From the NCBI GenBank assembly GCA_036172245.1, contig JAYWIR010000001.1:10354001-10418000 (forward strand): a stretch of 64,000 bases of DNA. Direction: 5' to 3'. This document shows, in pieces, positions 55,340 to 64,000 of this stretch. A program made the position numbers and the translations under genes. This DNA is from Raillietiella orientalis. Lineage: Eukaryota. The notes beneath the pieces were generated by a model, which saw only the letters and a list, made by a program, of their open reading frames with translations, made no database searches and had not been told where the DNA came from. The stretch's first letter is position 1. Each line of letters starts with the position of its first letter.

Positions 55340-56700
55340 ACCGCTTCGTATTCGCCCGAGAACCGGGATTGGAAGTTGGCCCTCCGGGTTCTTCCAGGAA
55401 TCAAGGAGTCGGTTCCCTTTGGGGTCTCTTTCCTATTGTGAAAATGGAGCCGTATCATCGGGTACCATGGAGCCGGCTGATACTTCTCCAGAGTGTAAGA
55501 AGCGTGCTGCTCTTCGAGGAACGCCCTTTAGGGAAATTTGATAGCGCCCCTTACGGGTTCTCTTCAGAGGAGGAAACAAAACAACTTTCCTGGAGGGGTC
55601 CCTTGTGAGTATCCTCCAAAGGAGAAATTCCGGAGAGCGGATCCCTTTCCGTGTCCCTTTCGTAGAAAAAAAGAGGAATGGCTCCCTTCGGGGAGTTCCT
55701 TCGGAAAGAATACGGAAGGGGTTCCCTTCGGAGGGCTGTTCGGTATGCCATCCGAAGACATGGAGTGGCCCTCAGTGCTGAAGAACAGCAGCGCACTCCC
55801 TCTGGAGTGGCAAGAGTCGGCACTTCTGCTGCTGCACTGGGGTCTTCATAGCAACGTACGCAGAAACCACTGTACGCTGGCGAGGGTGAGCCCAGAATGT
55901 GGCAGGTGGGGGAACTGGAGCCCCTCCCTCACCTGCTTGTGGACTGTGCTGCTCTCCGGCCACTATGGAAACATTTGGGAGCGACCCTCCGGAACCCGGT
56001 TGACAGCCCTCGGTACGTTTTACGGTTCCTCTTCGAGTGAGACTCATTGCAGCCAGCCGCAGCCCTAGCAGTGTTCTGCTGCATCCGCGGGATTGTGGAG
56101 GCCTGGAGCGAAGCCAACGGAGGAAGAAACCAGAGGGACGCCGTCCAGTTGGCAGTTCGCTTTCTGCGGATAGCTGCTCGATGCTCCCACCTAGGACCTA
56201 TTCGAATACGGATTTAGGTGGCGTCCTAGAAAGGATGCAGAGGATTCCCTCCGGCAAACAGTGGTCTCCTCTCGGCCCTCCGAAAGACTTTTGTTTATTT
56301 TTATTTACTCTTTGTTTTTGCTTTTCCTTTTGTTTTTCTAACTCCGCCAGTCTGCACATCGGTGACCCGCCAGGTCCGTGGACAAACGGAGTGTGGTAGG
56401 ACCACGTGTCCAACCACAATTTGTGAGTTTCCTTTAAATTTTAATGAACACTTGAGCGTATCCAGGTGGAAATCGGCGACAACCAGCACGAAGGTTCCCT
56501 TCGGAATCCCCTATTAATCGTAAGAGGAATGGACTCCTACCCCTGGGGCCTCCCTGGATTCACAGGGTGGTCCCTTATAAGGTGAAGGGATCACGCACCC
56601 TCGGGTGTCGTGGACAGTGTGTTAAAGAACTTCGTGAGTCTTCCCTTTAGGAGGCGAACGGTTCTTCAGCACTCCTTGAGAACCAGAAGAAAAAAAAAAG
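55340..56700 (+). mobile_element. SINE-like copy S7 (head missing), interrupted by a sense L1/Tx1 fragment
   Basis: Body 55340-55740 matches 32250-32640; tail 56490-56700 ends in an A-run. Confidence 0.75.
55745..56468 (+). mobile_element. L1/Tx1-type 3' fragment inside S7
   Basis: ECGR.GELEPLPHLLVDCAALRPLW, then a T-rich UTR and the terminal motif at 56443-56468. Confidence 0.75.
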
Positions 56701-58479
56701 CTGAAAGAAAATCAACGAAAACAAAAGAACCCGAAGGCATTTCCAAACTCGAGCGGAAGCTTCGAAGTCGTCGACTGTGAACTCTGGGATTCGCTTCAGA
56801 GTGCACCCGGTGAGCTTCACTGACTTTCCGATCCCTGGAAAGGAACATTTCCGCTTCCGCTGGAATCCCAACAGATGAATTTTTCGCGCCTCCGCTTGTT
56901 TGAGGAAGATGGAGAGATCGGACAGTAATTTTTGCTTCAGTGAAGTTTCGAGATTCACAGCGCGCTTTCGTTTCTCTATCGGATTTTCCTTTCAAGGATC
57001 TCATTACAAGCCGTAAGCGTGGGAAGCGCTGGTATCTGTGATTGTCATGGCAGCCGTGGAGACATGGCAAGAAGTGAAATGTGCTTCCTATGGCTTTCAT
57101 TTGAGACAGCAGTGCCACCGATTCCAGTGCGCTAAAGTAAAAAAACTCATTACAAGGAAAAGATGGAAAGAAATGAGGTATCACGGGGGTACCTGCCCCT
57201 CTACCTAGATATTTGATCGGACGAAGGTTTCTTTCGTAATACAAAAAAAAAATAAGGAAGAATGTTGAGAATCTTTGAACAAAGAGAGTGCAACATCAGG
57301 AGTTGCATGCTTGCTCTCCTCCTGGGACCCTAGAAATGCAGCATCGAGTTGGAAAGCAGCCTTCTAGTTCTCACGACGACGGACTGCAAAGGGGGAGGAA
57401 CGTAGCAAACGCATCCACCACTGCTTACAGCAAAGCAAAGAAAAGCAGAGAGCCAATCCTTTTCGGCTCACTTCCTCGAAGTACGTTGCGCGGTCCAGAG
57501 CTTCCTTGAGGCTGTCATGAGAGCCCCGCGCGCGCGAGCTGACGAACCAAATTCCATCTAGCGCGACGCTCCGTTCGCTCCACCACCTTCTACAATATTG
57601 TATTTTTGCTCTCGATTATTCAATTCGTGCCTTAATGTAATTCACACTCGAGTTCACTTGCACAGGGCTAACAGAATTTGGGGCGTTGGTTTGCGGGACT
57701 CCCCCATCATTTCACGTCTTCATGCAATTCACTTATCCCACTCTCTCCTCTTCCTTTTTTATGGAACCATCTGTCCAATTAGCTAGAAAGCTTGTCGATC
57801 TCCAGGATGTAACGTGCAATTGGATTTTTCAGGAAGTCCTCCGAGATACCTGATTGAATAGCGAATCTGGTTATTAGAGTGTGCCCTTGGGATACTTCTG
57901 GGCGGCAGCCCCTTGTCCGCCTTCCATCGATGACGCTCTCTTCTCACATTTCGTTCTTGCAAGAGCTTGGCCGGGGACAGTGCCGGGAATCGCTCATTCC
58001 CAGAACTCCACCACGGTGCGCCGACCGCTGCATCTCTGACCTCTGTCCAGATCAGTTTGCCTGATTTCCCGCCTTGCCCGGGGACGCCGAAAAGCAACGG
58101 AGGACCTCTTCCTTCCGCTTCGCACTTGCCTCATCGACTCGTGGTTGGGTGGCTGCGCTCGCTTTGCAAATCAGAGACTCCTGTTTATCACATGCACACT
58201 ATTACCCCAGGTCTTCCTCGTCCTGGTCGATTCGAACATCCCTCCTGGTATTTCTCAAGATGCATTCGTTGAGGCCCATCACCTGGGCATGTCGAGGGGC
58301 TTGCTTCAAAGAACAGACAAGTTGGGAACACGGTTACCAGCGTAAAAAGAAAAGAAGCTCAAAGATAAGGTCCAGCGATGCGCAGATCGGTCGCTTTACA
58401 AGCCCCAGAATGAGTGAGAGGGAACGGCAAATCTCATCTTCTCATCCTCTTGTTATTACAAGAGGATGAGAAGAGAATT

Positions 58480-58735
58480 CTTTGATGGTAACCTCTCCTT
58501 TTCTCTCGGGAACCCCCTTTTCTCCTTTCTCCCGAGAACGTGGTGCCCGCCCCGGTTGCACTGGAAATCCCATTGCAAAAGTAGCAGATCTTGTACCCTA
58601 TAACTTGAAGCATTACACTCACCCTCAGGCGGCATGGACAGTTTGTTAAAAGAGCTTCAAGAGCTCTAAGAAATCGAACGGTTCCTGAGTAGTTAGCGAA
58701 CCAAAAAAGCAGGAAAAAAAAAAGCTGGAAGCAGG
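58480..58735 (+). mobile_element. SINE-like copy S8 (tail)
   Basis: caccctcagg..ggacagt..ttaaaagagcttc..gaacggttc..gcgaaccaaaaaa. Confidence 0.65.
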
Positions 58736-58759
58736 GGAATTTGAAGAACCCTTAAAGGA

Positions 58760-60301
58760 TTTCCATCATTCAGGACCTGTTTAGAACGGCAAGTTTTGCT
58801 TGCCGGAACGGCTCGCGGTGTGGAACTCCTTTTCGACTTTTCTGCTCTTCCTTATGCTTTTTGTTTGCGCAGATGCATTCACCATCGAGAGAAGAACCGA
58901 GGACCTCCTGAGGAAAGCCCTGTGGGACACAGGGAGGTCCAGAGTCTGCCTCAAAGACTTGTGGGCTCCGCGTAGGAATAGTGGACTTGCCATCCTTACT
59001 CTGGAGAGCATGGAGCATTAGCACCAGTTTAGAAAACTCACTCTCGCAGCGAGATTATGGACCACGCCTTCGTGCACACCGGCACGGCTTCTCAAGGAGA
59101 GCAACCGTCTGTGAGGGACTCGCGTCCGTCTTCGTCGCTCGCGAGAGATTACTTCGGCGTTGCAAATACCAACTTTGCCGGGTGGTTTCTCTGGTGGAGG
59201 AGAACACCTGAATTCCCTGCCTCTCCGCGAACTCCACTGCCTGGCTCCAGGAGTCAGTTGGCGCGTGAGGGAAGATCCACAGAGCGTGCGAGGCGGGATG
59301 CGCACACCTGCAACGAAGCGCCAACGATCGCAAGCCGCAGGAGGCGATCGTCTGCAACCCACAAAAGATGCGATGGACCTCATCCACCCCACCTGTCCCA
59401 GTGCTGCCCTACCTAAGGGGCGCAGAGGACAGCGTAACCTCGGAAAGGTGGAAAGCGACATGCCGTTCAGCAGCAAAGAAGAAACTCCTTGACGGGTGTC
59501 GAGTGGTGACGAACGCTTCGATCCCGAGTGTCCCACTCCACGGACTTTGACGCAGAGAAGAGCTGCTCGTAATTCCTCCGGAGGAGGGGAAGCGGCCTCT
59601 AGAGTGCTGGGTCAGTGTCGCCCTCCTCCTCAAGTGGCAGGAGGTCGCGTTGCAGCTGGTGCATGGGGAAATCCCGTACCAAGAGCGCCTTCACCTCTGG
59701 ACACGGGAGGGTGGGTGCTAAGTGGGACAGGTACGGGAACAAGGAGACCATCCTGCACCTGCTATTGAACAATGCTGCCCTCCGAATCCTTTGGGATCGT
59801 TTCGCGACGGTAACCCCGGCGGACGGCCCCAGGGACATTTTCAAACTCCACTTCGTGCGCGATGCCGCACTGACGCCAGCCGCGTTCCTCTCAATTCTCT
59901 GCCGTCTTCGCAAGATCGTAAATCTCAGAAGAGGCTGAAATGGCAGGGATGCCATCCACTGGACGCGGACATTCCTGAAGACCGCCTCGAGATGGCCCCA
60001 CCTGCGACAGGCACGGAAGGAACTTGTCAGCCTTCTGAACAGAATGCAGAGGACGCCTGACAGCGTACTGTGATCCCTTTTTCGGTTCCCCCCCTCCTTT
60101 CCCTTGTAAATCCTTTCCTCCCCAGTTTTGTTTATTTATTTTTGTTTGCTGTCTTCTCTTCCCCCAGGCTGCTGATGCGGACTACGCCCATCTGCGTATT
60201 AGTATTCGGCAGGTTCATTGCACGCGGTGGAACCAAGGGCTCCACCCACACCAATGTAATTCTGTTATGTTACATAATAAATGCTCCGGCATAACCGGGT
60301 G
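58760..60301 (+). mobile_element. L1/Tx1-type ORF2 3' half plus UTR
   Basis: ERLAVWNS...RKALW...V..KDLWAPRRNSGLAILTL (L..P...GGL motif), KETILHLLLN..ALRILW; ends in the 26-nt motif. Confidence 0.8.
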
Positions 60302-62314
60302 ATATCGTCCCAGGCATCCGAATGGAATGCTAACAAATACACTCTCATGAAAAAGCATTTTCCGAGAATGTGAAAACTCCTCCATATCACAAACGATTGC
60401 AAGCTCCCTTATGATCACAGGAGCATTAAAGAAAAGCATGTAACAAAAGACATAGGATGCTTTCTGCTAAACTGAAGCATCTTGAGAATTAGAACGAGTA
60501 TGAAATGACAAACACATGCGTCTGTGAGCGTTCTATAAAAGAAAAGCGTTCAACGACTCCACAACCACTGCGAATAGGATCGCTAAAATTGCAGTGGATG
60601 ACATCGGTGGTGGGTGAAAACTTCCAAGCTGTAACAAAGAATTTCTTTTGGAAGATTCTCATTTCCTTTTGTATTTTAGTAGAAGTGATCGAGAAAGACC
60701 TTGAGAAGAAAAAGTGAACCTTGAAAGGGAAACGTCTTGGTTAGCACGCTTTCTCCCAAGAGGTGTGATTCTCATTTTCGAAAAGAAGCCAAAGAAGTGC
60801 TTCTTCTTCCCCCTCTATCACAATTAGCATCCAAGAATCTAAGTTCAGGGATCATACGCTTTTTGCAGCTGGAAACTCAAGGCACCCCTAAATTGTAGCA
60901 TCGGATTCTGAAGTAAAAGTCGTGAGGCATGCTGTCCGGAAGCATGCTGACTGGTGGGCATTGGTGTTCTTGAAATCGTAGAGCCATGAGACCGCTTTTG
61001 AACTCTGATTAATCAAAGTCGAATTGATCCCCAAAGCCTCTGTAGTGGACCTGTCGGTAGATTCACGCCGCCCTGCAAGAACCCCATTACCGTATGCATT
61101 TTAATTAAGCATGGCATTGAGGAAGAAACTCTTTGGGTTTTACGGAGACCAATAGATGAAACAGCACATGGGAAATGGGGTTACTGCGAGAACGGCTCTG
61201 AAAGGTGATCTTCCACCATCTAGCATCAGTGGCGTAAGTTTCGCTCCAGCTTTAATCGCTCCCTGTGAATACTTGCAGTGCTCCACATCGTTGAGAAATC
61301 CTTCTCAGAGAAAGATCGCATGGATTAAGATGAGAAAGGATCACAAAGATGAATGAGTGATGGAACATTGATCAAAGGATTTCAAGAGGAAAAACACTTG
61401 CAAATGGAGTCCAGTCTTGCATTCTTCGGAAGATGTCTAGATACTTCTCATTAAAAACCTATTCCCATCATACCTACCCCAACATCACGCAGGAGAAGAA
61501 AATGAGTTGTTCCCAATGAAATCCTTCTGAATCCTCAGCTCTCCTCCGCATGCTCACACTGATGTAATCTGAAAATTCTTAGTGCAAAGTCATCATTCTG
61601 CATGCCTAATGATGATGCGTTCCTAGAAAAGACCAAAAAGTTTTGCGGATTCTTATTAGAGAGAGAAACTGTTGGATGAGTTCACAGAACAAGTTCCATT
61701 TTCAGGTCTACGCGCTACTTTCGAACTCCTGAGGAGATGGTTGCCGATGGAGGCTGAGTTCATGAATTCTCGAGACCAAAATTCAAGGGATCTTTTTCGA
61801 AAACTTTCGAAGGAAATCAATCAGCTAACTACCTCCAACTAGTAAAAACAAACGACTAAGGTCCTCAAAGGGCAAATGGATGCCCTCTCCCGAAGTTGCT
61901 TCCATTCTGCAGTTGTTGCACATGCCCGAAACCTCTTCAAACCTTTACATTAACATTTAATTGCAGGATGTGTTGAGAACTTCCATAGACAAGAATTCCA
62001 CACAGAGCTTTCGGAGTTGTGTTGCTGCATCTGCCATCCGGGCACAAGAACTCGATGAAGCCTTCTCTATTGGTGGAGGCAATGTTGTTCCGTGACTCTG
62101 CCAGCTTGTTCCAACGTCAGAGACTCGAGCTGATAGCAGAAAGAGCTCAGAAAATGATGCTTAACCAATGCCGTTTTGTCTTCAGATGTGACGTGACATC
62201 CCTTCATCCAATGTGCTAATTAACACACTCGTTCGCATACGTGGTGCTTTCTGCAGATAAAGCGTTGCTATCGTCTTTTCTGCAACGTCGTCAGTGCGCT
62301 TCTGACACTGGAGA

Positions 62315-63905
62315 GGCGACCCTTCGGCGGAGTATCAACCAGCTCCATGGTACGGTTCCTTTTTTACACCCGGAGGAGAACCTTGTAAAGAACCATCTTA
62401 TCCATTTCTGAAAGGACCACGAGGGGGCAACTTTCAACCCCGCCACTCAACGGGGGCATCCAGATCCCGGTTTCCACCACCACCGCAAGCGAATAGAGCT
62501 GTAGCTACAGTTTCGAACACTGGCCCTCATGGAAAAATTATGGAGCACCACCTGGTACCAACCTGCACGTCTTCTTGTCCAGCAAGGCACCGCCAGCGTG
62601 TGATGCGTTCTTGCTTGCACGCCGTACACGCAGCCTCACGGCGGACTGCACCTGCGGCAGGTGGCCGCCTTGGCGAGGAACAACTCATGGATCTCGTGCC
62701 GCACCGCGAATGGCAGTGCCTGGTTACGGGAAACCGTGCGCACGTGGGCGAGGATCCGGGAGCCGAGTGTGGAACAGGGACGACGTTTCCTGTACGTGCT
62801 TAACAGCAACTACACGCTCCAGGAGATCCTGGACGATCCCGCGAAGAGTGCGTGGGCAAGGAGAACCTCCCTCGCCGCCATGCTGCCCTCCCTGAGAGAT
62901 CCCATGGGCAGAAACCTCGAGGTTAGATGGGAGGTTACTGTGGAAATCTCCAGAAGGAGGAAAGGACTGGGCGAGTGGACGATGGGCCAGGTCACTGACG
63001 CTGAGACCCTGAGTGCTCGACCTCTTGGACTTTTGTGCTGGGGCGTGCTACTGGGTATTTCAGAGGAAGACTTCCAGTGGTTCCCGGTGCTCATGAACAC
63101 CCTCACCCACCCCTTAAAGTGGCAGAAGAGTGATGCTGCTGCACTGGGGCTTCCTGTGCAATGCCGTCCAGCATTAGTAGATATGGAAGGGAGGGATGAA
63201 TCCAAACTGTGCAATGTAAGGGGAGCAGGAATCCCTCCTGCACCTCCTAGTGGACTGCATTGCCCTTCGGCCCCTTTGGGGACGCTTTGTTACGACCCTT
63301 GAAACCCCCACAAGCAACTCCAGAGACGTTCTTAAGCGTCGCTTCCAGCGCGACACCCTCACGCCAGCCCCATCCCTAGCAACGCTGCGCTACCCACACG
63401 GTGGGATCGTGGCTGCATGGAGCAATGCCATAGGAGTCCAGAACGACAGGGACGTCATCTATTTTGCTGTCCTCTTCCTGAGGACAGCATCGAGATGGTC
63501 CCATCTGGGAGTTTTGAAACGGGAACTTGTCGGCATCCTTACAAGGATGCAGAGGATGCCCTCTTGCACGCGTTAACCCCTTCCCGAACCTCTCCATTTT
63601 ATTGACTGCATTTTTCGTTTTGTTTTTTTCTTTTTGTTTGTCTCCCCTGTGCTGCCGAGGCGAACCCTGCTGACCTGAATGCTAGATCCCGGCAGGTTCC
63701 TTTCCGTATTCATAAGTAACGTGGCAGGATCAAACTGTCCTGTCCTCCAGACATGTAGGTTTATAAATAAATAGATGTTTCATAAATAAACGCCTCGGCA
63801 TGACCGGGTGTCAACCACTGCCGCACCCGTATAGGTCAACCAGCGTCATCTTGCATGGAGAACTCGAAATGTACGACGCACCTCCCATTTCTCGGCGCCA
63901 ATCCT
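62315..63905 (-). mobile_element. SINE-like copy S9 split by an antisense L1/Tx1 insertion
   Basis: Body 62315-62490 matches 18385-18530; head-proximal part 63814-63905 matches the reverse complement of 32130-32215. Confidence 0.7.
62492..63813 (+). mobile_element. L1/Tx1-type 3' fragment inside S9
   Basis: KLC..CKEQESLLHLLVDCIALRPLWGRF (frameshifted); UTR homologous to 3090-3260; candidate degenerate TSD at 62476-62491 / 63814-63829. Confidence 0.8.
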
Positions 63906-64000
63906 TTATTTTCACCTGGTCACACCGGGGCGTTTACTGTAAAAAAGATATTTACAAAAGAGCATTCATACAAAATGTGAAAAGATCTCTTTCTTCACAT

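Noticed and set aside
56750-57244. 192-aa minus-strand ORF with LRPI / GFQR words suggesting reverse transcriptase
   Set aside because: Motifs lie in different frames with wrong spacing, and no YADD equivalent is seen.
63791-63810. Resemblance of the motif (cgcctcggcatgaccgggtg) to the 3' part of 5S rRNA
   Set aside because: Only ~20 nt, with no flanking 5S similarity; it is preceded by AATAAA instead.
5816-64000. Additional host genes among the many 60-200 aa ORFs
   Set aside because: None resembles a host protein I recognise, and the longer ones overlap GC-rich TE remnants. Small exons could be missed without transcript data.

Overview
Eukaryotic, arthropod-like and repeat-rich window. 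The only host gene I can support is the 3' end of a neuroligin-family gene on the + strand: exons 1414-1526 and 4613-5220, joined in frame by a GT-AG intron, followed by a 3' UTR. The rest is decayed mobile DNA: about 9 copies of a ~750-bp tRNA-headed, A-tailed SINE-like family; about 10 5'-truncated L1/Tx1-type ORF2 3' fragments; two NeSL/Utopia-type (RLE) non-LTR remnants; weak Tc1/mariner and MULE remnants; and three sharply bounded AT/TpA-rich islands, one of them a foldback-like inverted array of ~175-bp units. The most unusual signal is a three-way association. The L1/Tx1 fragments lack poly(A) tails and end in a shared 26-nt motif (AATAAA + CCGG-N5-CCGG hairpin + GTG). The same motif also forms an inverted, TIR-like pair, and these insertions are repeatedly nested inside the SINE. 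All alignments were done by eye, so repeat boundaries are approximate.
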